Assembly (NCBI GenBank): GCA_043228905.1 | Contig: JBHGNT010000008.1 | Location: 14,136,001-14,200,000, forward strand | Direction of reading: 5' to 3' | Origin: Azolla caroliniana | Lineage: Eukaryota > Plantae > Polypodiophyta | DNA length: 64,000 nt | Shown: piece after piece, positions 1 through 12,800 of the stretch | Layout: each line of letters starts with the position of its first letter | How positions within the stretch are numbered: the stretch's first letter is position 1 | Notes under the pieces: model-generated | The model's database searches: none | The model's input: only the letters and a program-made list of their open reading frames with translations | What the model was told of the DNA's origin: nothing | Translations under genes and position numbers: made by a program

Positions 1-1232
1 ATGAGTATCCAAGTAGCAGCGGGTACGCTCCAAGGGCATCTAGGCGTAATACTACCGTGGACATAGTAAAGGTATGCCCTCCTAGGATAAAATGGAGGTT
101 GTGGATTAACTCTATCGGTCGAACTGATCGCGTATCCATCATTCAAAGCCAAAACAGACATGCCTCCCATTGAGTTATGCCCAACTCGTGACATGTGGCC
201 TCACTGATCACATTAACGCCTGATCCACCGTCGATATGCAACCATGGACCTCGCGGCCTTTAACGACAATTTTGACTGTTGGATTCGGGGAATCCATGAG
301 TGGAGGTCTGGGTTCCGGCGCCATGAGATGCACGAAGGAGGTAGTTGGTTCCAAGCCGGTAGTACAGGATTGGACTGTTTCTTTGAAGCGGGGTAGGAGC
401 TGCAATAGTTTATGTAGAGGCATGGAGATTTGGTCGCTAGTGAGGGCTTGCCAGACCGGTTCGTTGTCGGTTTCTTCGGTAAGGAGCGATGGTGGCAATG
501 GGCCGTGACCGATCGCTTTTATTTTGGTGTGCATCTGATCGATGTTTGCTTGATTTGCCGTTGCGATACACTGCTTAGCGGTTTGGCGAACCTTGTCCTG
601 GATCTCCCATTGTGTCTGTTGAGCCTTACTTTGGGTGGTAACCTGCCGAACGTCAACCGCAATCATATTCACGGCTAGTTCTTTCCCGCGATTGTTTGTC
701 ATACATTACGTACCATAATGGTCAGGTTGATTAGTTGAAACAGGTTATCGTGGCGGAGTTGTTGGGTTCTCCTTGCTCGAATTGAGGATGTGCTAGGTTG
801 ATCTTCTCAAGATGATTGGGAATAGGACTGCGGAAGGTTTTCACGAGGCTCAGATTGAGGAGGCCGCCGATTATCGGTGTGTCGAGGGTCACGACGACGG
901 TTGTCAACGGGTCGTCGATTATTCCCCAGAGGTCGGAAGCCGCGATTATGATGTGGGGGTCGTCAATCATGTCGTGGCTATCAGGGTTCGTGATAGTCTC
1001 CCCGATCATAGTCATCGCAGTAATAGGGGTCATCCGGATAATAACGCGTGTCTCGATAATAGTGTGGCCGATTGTGATAGTATGGTGGCTCCAGTCGATA
1101 AGGAGGATCCTGGTGATAACGATCCGGTTTAGGGTGGTAGCCTTCATTTCGGTGAAGCCAATCATTCTCCCAGGGTCGTTCAACGTTTCTATTCCATGGG
1201 CAATGGTATAGAACTGGTGGAGCAGTTCGCGA
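1..1232 (-). pseudogene. G0: degenerate, internally deleted gag-protease region of an Athila-like Ty3/gypsy element (continues left of the window)
   Basis: ORF 208-702 (AVNMIAVDVRQVTTQSK..WEIQ..WQAL..PLHKLLQLLPRF..PTVKIVVKG) aligns by eye with the gag-PR linker of G3 (AVNMVVPEV..QVTTRSK..WETQ..WQAL..PLGRLLQLVPRF); R/D/Y-rich segment in ORF 981-1319; frameshifts. Confidence 0.85.
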
Positions 1233-2429
1233 TGTCGTGAAGATTTTGGGCCATGGTGAGAAACCGGGGAATATCGAAAGAATTGACGGGGTGGAGCATG
1301 TACACTCACCCTTGTACAAATAATGGAGGTGATAGGGGCGCCTTTATAGCACCAAGTAGGATTTAAGTCGGGACAGAGAATCCCATGTAAATCGGGATTT
1401 ATCCCATATTGTTACGCATCCCTCTCCTTGTTCTATAAAAGGGAGCGTCCCTTGTAAAGGGGTTCCCATTTTCTTTGTATTTGGGTTCCGTTCCTCTTTT
1501 CGAGGTTCCATTTTTGTTAATAAACTTCTATGTATAAGTTCAGGTTTTTCCTCTGTCTCTGTCTCTATTCTTGAACACTTTATCTATATTAGGGATTCGT
1601 CTGTGTCTGTGCGTTCAGTGGCGTGTTCGGTGTGCATGCGTAGTTGGGTTGTCTTCGCTTTCTGCGGGTTCTCAGCACGCCACATCCCAATGTGTCTGTG
1701 TGCGTGTGTGGGTGCCGGTTTCTATCGTGGTGGTGAGTCTGTGTGCTCAAACGTTTGGTGGCAGGTTTCACTCCTTGGCGTGTAAGACCCATTCAAGCCG
1801 GCGAGCCTGAGTGCTCCCGGTAGGCCACTTGGCGATAAGAGGCGGTTCTAACAGAGAGGTGCCCTGCATGAGGATCCCGTCGCGCGAACAGGCGCGGGTG
1901 CTTCCCGACCGATCCTGGAATGCAGGCCTCCTCGCGCTTGCCGAGTGACACCAACATCACCACTAGCATCGGTATATATCGATGTATGTGTGTGTGTTTC
2001 TCCGGTTATCTTAGGTGTGGATATACGTGTCTGTGCGTTTCCGGTTAGCATAGGGTTCGAGTGCGGGTGCGTACGTGGTTGCCGGGGTAGGTGTGCCGGC
2101 ACTAACCGGGTGTATATGTGTGTGTGCGTGTGCGTGGGCACAACTAACCAGGATGTGACCCACGCCTCTTTTGAGGCCCTTGTACATACCAACGTGAAGG
2201 GCGGCAAGGATGAGGGCACGCTCTCTCGCTTCCCATGCGATTACCGGTCGCGTCCGGAGAGTTTCTGGAACCTGTCAACAAGGTCCGACCCGGAGACCAT
2301 CCGAGACTGAACTAGCCAGCAATGCGGCAAGCTCCACAGGATTCGGGTTTTCGGCAACTCCTCCCCTCCTGGTCCATGACCCCGGTGGTCCCACCCGGAT
2401 CCGACATGCGAGCGCAAATTTCCACGACA
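1233..2429 (+). mobile_element. X1: LTR-like insertion (solo or composite LTR) in G0 gag, in the opposite orientation
   Basis: Terminal inverted repeat TGTCGTGAA...TTCCACGACA; it splits the G0 gag peptide FHREIPK|RELLHQFYTI; TATA-like CTATAAAA near 1433; internal TAACA-GAG-AGGTGCCCTGCATGAGGATC resembles an LTR end plus PBS; TSD degenerate. Confidence 0.65.
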
Positions 2430-2720
2430 ACGCTTTGGAATTCCCTGATGGAATAACTCTAGAAACTTGCAAGCGCGGATTTCCGCGACAACACTTTGGA
2501 ATTTCCCGGTGGAATAACTGCATGCGAACATCTTGGAATGCGGTAAACTCTCCCGGATCGTGGCGAGAATACCACCATGCAGCGGGCCTATCTAGCGAAA
2601 GGGTAAATTCCACAATTTTGGAGGAATCCACCTCCTCAGCGATGAGGTGTTGCATAGAATGGTTGACTTGCCACGTGGAAAGAAAAGAACGGATGTGAGA
2701 TTCTGCGTCGGGACCATCCG
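2430..2720 (-). pseudogene. G0 gag N-terminal (capsid) fragment
   Basis: SKIVEFTLSLDRPAAWW...QLFHREIP matches SKIAEFVLSLDGYSANWF...QLFHQQIP of G2 gag. Confidence 0.8.
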
Positions 2721-2738
2721 TGTAGCCAAATTGTGTGA

Positions 2739-2751
2739 ACCGGGCGTGCCA
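2739..2751 (-). promoter_or_regulatory. G0 primer-binding site TGGCACGCCCGGT (tRNA-Arg type)
   Basis: 5 nt downstream of the LTR end TTAACA on the minus strand; identical to the G2 PBS. Confidence 0.75.
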
Positions 2752-2756
2752 ATTTG

Positions 2757-2857
2757 TGTTAACCCGTTCTTCGGGAGAAACACCTTCGATTGCCCTTTAG
2801 GAAATCAGATCAAGGGGTCGTGGTACGTGGTGGAAAAACAGAAGGTATACAAGATTG
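2757..2857 (-). repeat. G0 5' LTR, U5 end (split by copia C1; continues from 30836 to about 31314-31321)
   Basis: TGTTA terminus at 2757 next to the PBS; C1 flanks GATTG/AATTG. Confidence 0.65.
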
Positions 2858-3048
2858 TGTTGGGAATTCAGTCCCTTCGGATGAGATCTGAAGGAGCCGA
2901 AGGAACTGAAGTGGATCTAGGGACATATCTGCAAATATGTTTTTGTGTGCCTATAAAGGCTATATTTGTAAATAGTCCTAAAGTCATATAAGTATACATA
3001 TGACTTAGGGCAATCATTTTAGTAGTTGTTGTAGTTGTATCATAGGTG

Positions 3049-3154
<106 letters not shown>

Positions 3155-3271
3155 AAGCCACTGGTTGGTGAAGATACAAAGCACTGAGGTCGTTGCCTCT
3201 GAGTCTCCTATTGTACCTCCTTTTCTCATATAGTGATAGTTGGAGTCTCTGGGCTCCCGTGGTTTTTCCCT

Positions 3272-3564
3272 TGTTGAGAATCAAGCTCAACTTGGTCTAG
3301 TGTGTGAACTCACCTTGAGAGTGAAGAGACACTCCAACGGTCAAGAGTCACCATTATGTCACCACTTTGTATTCTAGCATTTAGTATGAGTCATAGAATC
3401 ATATTCTATGACACATAACTTATGAGCTTTCACATTCCCCATGCTCCATGAGCCTTGTAGTTAATGAAGAGAGAGGGTGACTACATAAAGCACCCTCCTC
3501 CCACCTTGTATAACGGTTGAGTCTTTCTCCTTTGTCAATATACTTTTACCTTGCGTATTCTTTG

Positions 3565-3607
<43 letters not shown>

Positions 3608-3665
3608 CACGCACATAACTCACATCTCTTCCGCTTCACAAGAATCCATCTCTTGATTCTTTACA
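3272..3665 (+). mobile_element. Solo LTR (TGTTGAG..CAAGCTCAAC copia-type family) in the C1 5' LTR
   Basis: TG...CA termini; perfect TSD TCCCT (3267-3271 and 3666-3670). Confidence 0.92.
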
Positions 3666-3819
3666 TCCCTATTAGGGTTTTCCACGTAAACATCCTGTGT
3701 CGTCTCTTCTGTGTAAGTGTACGAACCTCCATTTCTGTTTTGTTCTTTCATAAAGTGTTTGAGTCTCGGTTGTGGCTGAGAACTATTCCTCACAATTTGG
3801 TATTAGAGCGAACAAGAAA

Positions 3820-6800
3820 ATGGAAGAGTCATTCGGAAGCATGTTTAAGCTCACCGGCACCAACTACCTATTGTGGAAGTCGAAGATGAGGGACATGCTC
3901 ATGGTCAAAGATCTTTGCCTATCGGTACAGTTCGGGGACAAGAAACCAAACAAGATCGATGCCATGACATGGGAGGTGATGCACATGAAGACGACGGCAT
4001 GCATACGGTGCTTGATCGACATGAGTCTGTACAACAACTTCATTGAAGAAAGTAAGGCTCATGTTCTTTGGGAGAAAATCAGCACCATGCTGGAGAGCAA
4101 AAACGTCGTAAATCGGGTTTTATTATTCCTAAAGTTAGTGAGACTCTGGTACCAGGACAGATCCAGCATGGCGGAGCACATGAACGCATTCCAGGGGGCT
4201 CATAAATCAAAAAACTTTGCTTGAAGTACCCCTAGCCGACGAGGTACTTGCATTGCTCTTGCTCGGTTCCCTCCAGGACAGTTGGGAGACGCTAGTTGTC
4301 ACTTTGGGCAACGCCGGGCCAAAAGGAAAGTAGTTGTACTTGGTAAGGGTAAAATCAAGCTTGCTAGATGAAGAAGCTCGCCAAAAGGATCGAGAATCCA
4401 GAACCGACCCGAAGACTTTGGTTACGGAAGATGACCAAAATTGGGGAAGAGGCCAAAATCGGACTCCCCAAAACCGGGACAAATCGGGGACGAGATCAAA
4501 GTCAAGGGGGAGGCCAACTTGCTTCTAATGTGGGAAGTCGGGGCACTTCTAGAAGAACTTTTGGCATTTCCCGAAAGAGAAAGCACCCGACACCATCGAT
4601 TCAAAGAAGAGTTCAGACCGAAATGGTTCGGACTAGAGAGGTCCGGATTAGAAAGGAACGTCGGTGATCGCGACAAGTGAAGAAGAATTGTTGCTCATCA
4701 CCGAGGAGAATGAGTTAAACCTTGTCAGCGACGAGACAACGTGGGTTGTTGATTCCGGAGCATAATTCCACTTAACACCAGACCAGAAATGCTTCCCATC
4801 CTATAGAGTTGGAGATCTTGGTTATGTCCGAATGGGGAATGAAGTGTTACGGGCATGACCATATAATATCCCGTGGTGAGAATTTACCGTAGTATTCTAT
4901 ACACGTGGATAAGTGTGAGGGTTAAACGAGAGTGTAAAGAAGGGGAGGATTACTTTTAAATCCTCGGGATTGAGACAACCCATTAGGCCAAGTGTGAACT
5001 TGCCTGGGGGCCTTGGGTATCGCTATAAATAAGAGGCCTAGCTACCCTCATTTGACTATCTTTTTGACTACATTGAGACTCTGCTCTTGTGGTGGGTCAA
5101 CTCTTGTAGTGAGTGCGCTAGCACCAGGTACGACTCGACGCCACAGCGGTGGTATGGGACGCCGATCGAGGCTCGAGTCCGTCTCGATCCCTTCGCTCGG
5201 GGGTGGTCGGGTGGATCGGCACCCTTCTTTCTCTTTCTCCTTTCTATCTATCATTAGTTTATCCTTATCTTAAGCTTACTTTAGTACCTAGATCTCTAAT
5301 ATGAAGGGTTATGGCGAATTGTCGGCATAGGAGATGGGTGGTTGACGACATCAACCGGGTTCAATTCCAAGATGTCCGACACATTTCGGAGGTTCGGTTG
5401 AACTTGATATCATCCGGTCGGATAGAGGATGAACGCTACACGGGTAGCATCCGGAACAGAGTAATGAAATTCAGCAAAGGAAGCCTGATCGTGGCTCGAG
5501 CCCGGAAGATCAACAAGTTGTACCTGATGCACGCCTGGATATGCCGGGAAGAAGTGAACGTAGCATCCGACAACGCTGGTGAGTTGTGGCACAAGAGATT
5601 GTGTCATATGAGCCAGAAGGGGATGAAAAAACCTGCCAAAGATAACCTCATTCCAGAGGTAAAAGATGTGCATCTTGAGAAGTGCACCGATTGTTTGGCC
5701 AACAAGAAAAACCGAACCTCCTTTCAGTCAAAACCACCGATGAGATGGTGCATACCGATGTGTGTTAAGTGGACACGAAGTCACATGCTGGATCGTAGTA
5801 CTTCGTGACGTTCATAGGCGACCAAAGCCAGAAGCTGTGGGTCTCACCATTGAAGACGACGGATCAAGTGTTGTTTGTCTTCAAGGAGCTCAACTCGAGA
5901 GTGGAAAGGGAAACAAGCCGGAAGCTAAAGGCGGTTCGAGCAGATAATGGAGGCGAATACCGGGGGTAGTTCGAGGAGTACTGCCGGTCGAAGGGAATCT
6001 GGCTAGAATTCACCATGCCGAAGACGCCGGAATTGAACAGGTTGGGTGAACGGATGAACTGGACCATAATGGAGAGATTTTGAAGCATGCTAGCACATGC
6101 AAAGACACACCACAGAGAGTATGGACCGGTAAAGACGCGTCTTACTAGCATCTGAAGGTATTCGGTTGTCTCGCTTATGTGCATGTTGCAAAGGATAAGA
6201 GAGCAAATTTTGATCCGAAGTCACGGCCATGCATATTCCTTGGATATGGCGATGATGAGTTTGGATACCGAGTGTGGGACTTGGTCGACAAGAAGGTGTT
6301 CCGGAGTCGAGACATAGTCTTCATGGAAGACAAGACTATTGTCGACTGGGAGACGAAGAAGAAGATAACGAACTCCAGATCAACCGACGGGACCCATCCA
6401 GCTGGAGTTGGACAGAGACCAAACCGATTGAAGAAGAAGAAGATCGGGACACTAGAATCAGACAAGACCCCGAATCGGATTCGAATGAAGAACAGACAGA
6501 GGAACCGATGGATGAGAACGAAGGAAGAAGATATCCTCTCAGGGAGAGAAGAGCCCCCTAGAGATTTCCGGATGCAGAGCACGTATTGTTAACCGATGAG
6601 GGGGAGCCGAAAAAGCTTCGAAGAAGAAAATAAATATACCCACAACTGCAAGTGGTTGAGTGCCATGCAGAACAAGATGGATTCCCTGCATGAGAACCAC
6701 ACATACGAATTGATAGAGTTGCCGAAAGTAAAGAGGGCACTCCATAACAAGTGGGTGTACAAGTTGAAACGGGGAGACGTATGAAATGCACCAAGGTACA

Positions 6801-8176
6801 AGGCCAAGATCGTGGTGAAGGGTTTTCAACAAAAGAAAGGAATGGATTTCGACGAGATCTTTGCCCCGGTAGTAAAGTTAACATCCATCCGGACGGTGTT
6901 AAGCATAGCGGAAAGCATAAACCTGGAGGTAGAGCAACTGGATGTCAAGACGGCATTCCTACATGGCGACCTCAAAGAAGAGATCTACATGCAGCAACCA
7001 GAAGGATTTGAGAAGAAAGGGAAGGAGCACCTGGTGTGCCGGTTGAAGAAGAGCTTATACGGACTGAAGCAAGGTCCCTGGCAATGGTATCGAAAGTTCG
7101 TCTCCTTCATGATCGACCAAGGGTACCACAAGACGCAAGCCGACCACTGTGTGTTCGTGAAGAAATTTGACGGAGGTGATTTCCTGATACTCCTACTGTA
7201 TGTAGATGGCATGTTGATCGTCGGACCGGACCGAACCAAAATCGGAAATCTGAAGAAGGCTTTGAACCATACCTTCTCAATGAAAGATTTGGGTCCGGAG
7301 AGACAGATAGTGGGGATGCATATAATCCGGGACCGGTCGAAGAAATTGCTATGGTTGTCACATGAGAAATACGTGACAAAGGTGCTTAAACGGTTCAACA
7401 TGTCGGATACGAAGCCGGTCAGGTCGACACTTCTGGCAAACTGCAAGTTGTCCGGAAAGTAGAGCCCAAAGATGAAGGCAGAGAAATCGGATATGATGAA
7501 GATACCATATGCCTCTTCCGTCGAAAACTTGATGTACGCGATGGTGTGCACCCGACCAGATATCGGATATGCAATCGGAGTGGTCAGCCGGTTCATGAGC
7601 AATCCAGGAAGAGAACACTGGAACGTGGTCAAGTGGATACTCTCGTACTTGAAAGGAACCTCGAGTATGTGCCTCCAGTTCGGCTTAGGTAAACCCCAAC
7701 TGGAAGGCTTTACGGATTCAGATATGTCGGTTGATGCGGATACCAACCGGTCCACATCTAGATACGTCATGACATATGCAGAGGGAGCCATATCATGGCA
7801 GTTGAGGCTGTAGAAATCCGTTGCATTGTCAACAACGGAAGCGGATTACATGGTATTTGTGGAAGCCGACAAGGAAGTAATCTAGATGAAGGACTTCATC
7901 GGAGAGATAGGGATCCGTCATGAGGAATATCGGCTCTACTGCGACAACCAAAGTGCCATCCACCTTGCTAAGAATGCGGCCTACCATTCCCGGACCAAGC
8001 ACATCCAAAGAAGATATCACTGGCTCCGGAAGAAGGTAGAAGATCAAGACTTCGCGCTGAGGAAGATCCACACGAAGCAGAACATGTCAGATATGTTGAC
8101 CAAGGTGCTGTCAGCCAACAAACTGGACACGTGCCGAAGACCGATCAGACTAACGAGAAATCCCATGTTGGAGTGA
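3820..8176 (+). pseudogene. C1 gag-pol remnants (gag, zinc knuckle, PR, INT, RT, RNase H in copia order)
   Basis: WHKRLCHMS, RPCIFLGYG, QLDVKTAFLHG, LLLYVDGML, YCDNQSAIHLAKN motifs; multiple stops and frameshifts. Confidence 0.93.
4845..5301 (+). mobile_element. Solo LTR inserted in the C1 protease region
   Basis: TGTTA...TAATA (CA>TA) termini; perfect TSD TGAAG; TATAAATA near 5024. Confidence 0.88.
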
Positions 8177-8492
8177 ATGGGGAGTTTGTTGGGAATTCGG
8201 TCCCTCCAGATGAGACCCAAACAAGCCGAAGGAAGGAACCAGACCGAATGCAACATCCGGACTAGACCAGAAGGTATCCGGATGGATCTGGTGTGAACCG
8301 AATCCAGGGACATATCTGCAAATATGTTTCTTGTGTGCTTGTAAAGGCTATATTTGTAAATAGTCCTATAGTCATATAAGTATAAATATGACTGTTAGGA
8401 AACAGGTCCCTCCGGATGGGAAGTGAGAAGAACAGTGTTGATGAGCAACTATCGGCCTCGGCCGAATCTGGTTGTGGAGTACCCGGCTACGG

Positions 8493-8926
8493 TGTTACCG
8501 GCCGGCAAAGGAGTCCAGAGTGGGAAATGGAGAGCTAATTAAGTAGTAGGAATGTGGTTGTAATTAAGCTATGAGTGTGGACGGACGGACCGGAATCGGT
8601 ATGCCGTTCCGGATCCGGACCGATCCCGAACAGGTGCGAATGGCACCGTTTTGTAATACAGACCGGAAACCTATTTAAAGGCCCGGATACAATGTAATAG
8701 GGAGCGGTTAATTAAAGAAAGCTTAAGCGTTGTTATCTCTCTGTGTTAATTGTCGTTCTGTCTTAATTGTTATAGCTTATGCGTGTTATGAAAGACGATC
8801 CTAATAAGTAACTTAATTAAGTCGGATTAAGCGTTGAAGTCTAATCCGGTTGCCGTAACACCCTTTGGTGAAGTGTCTCCCGTAGACACCCTGTGTTAGG
8901 CCATTGTCCGGCCCAAAGAGTTAACA
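8493..8926 (+). mobile_element. Solo LTR of the G1 family, opposite in orientation to G1
   Basis: 434 bp near-exact reverse complement of 9488-9921; flanks TACGG/AACGG (4 of 5). Confidence 0.93.
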
Positions 8927-9193
8927 AACGGAAGACCCGGTGAGAACTGGATGTGGAATACCCGACAATGGAAGACCCGGTGAGAACTGGATGACAAGTA
9001 CCCGGCAAGGAAGACCCGGTGAGAACCGGATATTGCAGGCCCGGTGAGAACCTCCCATCGAATGAAGGGACATATATGTAAATATGTTCCAGAGAGCCCA
9101 CTAGGGCTATATTTAGCCGAAAGTCATATTAGTATAAATATAACCTAGGGCAAACTCAATATGTGTGTGTGTATAATTTTGGTGTAACGATTG

Positions 9194-9235
<42 letters not shown>

Positions 9236-9871
9236 TACAGAGCATGTCTCTGTTGTAACCACCGCCAAACGAAGATCGTGAGCAGGAGGTCGTTGCCTCT
9301 GTGCTCCCTGTTGTAATTGGTGGCATAGTGATGGAGTCTGTGGACTCCCGTGGTTTTTCCCTCTCAGGGTTTTCCACGTTAACATCCTGTGTATCCTTTT
9401 TCTGTTCGGGTACTTACCTCTATTCCCATTTCTTCTGTGTTCGATTGTTATCAAGTGATCTACGCTTCGGTTGTGACCGGAGATTATTGTTAACTCTTCG
9501 GGCCGGACAATGGCCTAACACAGGGTGTCTACGGGAGACACTTCACCAAAGGGTGTTACGGCAACCGGATTAGACTTCAACGCTTAATCCGACTTAGTTA
9601 AGTTACTTATTAGGATCGTCTTTCATAACACGCGTAAGATATAACAATTAAGACAGAACGGCAATTAACACAGAGAGATAACAACACTTAAGCTTTCATT
9701 AATTAACCGCTAACTATTACATTGTATCCGGGCCTTTAAATAGGTTTCCGGTCTGTATTACAAAACGGTGCCATCCGCACCTGTTCGGGATCGGTCCGGA
9801 TCCGGAACGGCATACCGTTTCCTGTCCGTCCGTCCACACTCATAGCTTAATTACAACCACATTCCTACTAC

Positions 9872-12800
9872 TTAATTAGCTCTCCGTTTCTCACTCTGGA
9901 CTCCTTTGCCGGCCGGTAACACATGGCACGCCCGTGGTACAGTACCTTGTACGTCGAATCCACAACCGACCCTTGCTATTCTTCGTCCAAAATGTCCAGA
10001 ATGCTTTGTTCGAGAGGCTCCAATGGTTCCTTTGGAAGTGGTTGTTGTTGTTGTTGTTGTTGTTGTTGCTGTCTGCTGCGGCGGGTCCGTTGGTGGTTGC
10101 GGCGGCTGCTCCTCCATTTGTGGCTCTGACACCGGCGTCTCCGTCGTTGCTCCCTGCGTCGTAGTGGTCTCCAGTTGACTGGTTCCCGGCAGGCCCTCAG
10201 CCGGCGACGGTTCCTCATCACTAAGGTTAACCGTTGTCGCTTCCCATGCTTTTTCTTCCCGTACCCGGGACCGCTCGTAGCTTTCAAACTGGATTTGAGC
10301 GTTCAGCCTATCATCGTCCAGCTGAGCTACGAGCTGCCTGACCTGTGCCAGCTGTTCATCTGCCAGGACTTGGAAGTCGTCGGCCAGCTCGTCCTGTATG
10401 GCGGTGAAGTCCTCGGAAGTCAACGTATAATAGTCATCTCCTTCCTTCCGCCGGTTTGCCACATCCGCCCGTAGCAACTGGAGTTCCGCCGCGTTTTGTG
10501 CCCACTTTGTCCACCATTTTATGGAGCTTTCATCAATCAAGTGTTTCGTCTGATTCAGCCATGCCCGGAGGATGAACTGAATCCGGCTCGTTCCCAATTG
10601 CGATTTGGTTTCCGCCGCTTGCCGTTCCTCCTTCATTTGTTTGATGATTTTGACGTTGTCCTCCGCCTGCACCTTGTAATGCGTCAATTGCCTTTGATAT
10701 GTACTTTGTAATTTCTGCAATACTATTGACGCTCTCTCTTTGTCTTCCTGTTGCTGCCTTTGGAGCTCCATCCGGACCTTCTCCGCCTCTTCCAAGCGTC
10801 TTGTATTTTCCGCCCGTTCATCGGCGATCGCCGTCGCGGCCCGATCAACTGCCTGCTGGAGCTCGGCCATCCGTTCTTTATGCTCTGTTTCTAGCCGTTT
10901 GTAGTCCCGGTGCAGGTGCTCAAAATCATCCGTCTTTTGCTTGAGTCGTGCGTTGATCTGACGACGGGCCCAGTCCTCGCGGTCCTTCTGCTGGCGGAGC
11001 TCTTCCTTTAGCCGTTCAATCTCTGTTTCCGCCGTTTTCCGCAGCTTGTCCTTTTCCTGCAGCACTTTGTCTTTCTCCTCCTTTAGCCGGTCGTACGCTT
11101 GATGGCCTTTCCGGAGGCTCTCCTCTGCCCGGCGGAGGTTCTCAACAGTCTTCTTTAATTCGACTTCGGCCGCCGTCTTCAATTCTCGTTCACGGCTCCT
11201 TAGCGCTTCTTGTGCGGCAAGTTCCTCTCTCAATTCCTCAAGCTCCTGAGCTTGCGCCGCATCTCTCGCCGGAACGGTTTCCGTTGTCGGGGTCTTATTG
11301 ATATGTACAGGTCGTTCCATTTCTTTATTCTGTACACTTACCGGAGTCACCAGTGATTGGATCCGTATTTTGGCCATCTCTGTCGTGACCTGATCCAAGT
11401 CTTTTTCAAGGCACCGGATTCTGGACCGGGCCGTCTCTAGTTGTTCAGTTGTGACGAGCAACCGTTCGCTTTGCGCTCTTTCTTCCGCCTCTATATACCC
11501 CACTGCTCCGGCTATCTGTTCGCTTATCCACCGGAGCCACAGGCTACCGATGCCTTGTTGTGCTTGCACGAAGGTTTGATAGATGGGCTCACTTGTAGAG
11601 GGTTGGTCCCGCCTGGTCGCGCCGAGTTGCAGTTCCGTTTCTGCCCGTGGACCATCTTGCTGTCCTGGTTCCCCTTGCGCTTCTTCTTGGCTGACCGAGG
11701 GAGGCTGCAGTGACCTTTCCGGCTCTGGCGGGATGGGGCTTGCCGGTGTTGCCGGTGGTGCTAGGGCTTCTGTTTCCGATGCCATCTGCACCGGTTTCGG
11801 TTCCTTCCTTGGCGTGGGAGTCTCAGTATGGGGAGCCGGTGTTCCCTCCGTCTGAGGGTCCGAACGTTTCCCGGCTGTCTCAACGGTCCTTGTCGACGAC
11901 CGTCGCTGGAGGTGCTCCGTAGGCTCCTCCTCTATTTCCTCTTCCTGAGCTCCGGCATTGAGTTTTTCCGCCAAGGGGTCCACTTCTCGATTCACCGGTC
12001 GGCGGAGTGTGACCATTACGGGCCGTGCCGGTGGTTCCTCCTGCGCCTCCGTTGGGCACTTCCGGCTTCCGCTTCCTACTGCCGCCTGTTCTGCATCCAC
12101 CGCCTTTCCCTTACTGGCCTTAGAGGCCAACAACTGTTGCCGTTTAGAAGCCGTCCTTGGGGTGCCGTCCGGCACTCTTCCTCGCTTCTTGGGCTGGACG
12201 GTCTGAACGAGTGGCACCAGCAAGGTGAGCCACTGCGTTACGGCGTGCCATATCCTTCGTCCGTCTCGGCCTTCTTTGTCGTCTTTGCCTCTGACGATCT
12301 CGATCGCCACACACAACCCGTATGCAATCAATACTGGCCAATCCACCTTGATCCCTTCATAGGTGGCGATGATCATCCCTGCCCGGTTCTGCGGCATGAC
12401 AGGGGGTCTAGGGTACACGTGGTCGTATTCATGGAGCACACGAGCAATTTCACGGAACAACATATCTCCGCCGCCCTGTGTCCGGTAGCCCTTGCTGGCT
12501 AGAGAGTACTCACCAAAATACCTAATGAGTTGCTCCGGGGTTGGATTGTCGATCGTGAGTATGCCTCCCTCCGGAAGGCCTGTTAACGCTCGAATCGCCT
12601 CTGCCGTTATGACCTCTGTATCGATTTCCTTGATCACTTTGTCTGCTTCTTTGTGTGGCGGTACTTCCATCATCATCAAGAAGCCCTCGAGCCCGTGTTG
12701 CTTCAGCCATGTCTTGGCGGCTTCCAACAGCGTTTGCAGGTCCATCTCTGTGTCGGGGTCGGATTGCGGTGGCGAGGATGGATGGTGATGAGAGTGGGGT

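Noticed and set aside
9872-9975. Coding constraint as the reason the motif is conserved (ORF reads VQGTVPRACH)
   Set aside because: Read-through occurs only in G1 and is best explained by a frameshift; in G2 and G3 the homologous ORF3 frame stops before the motif.
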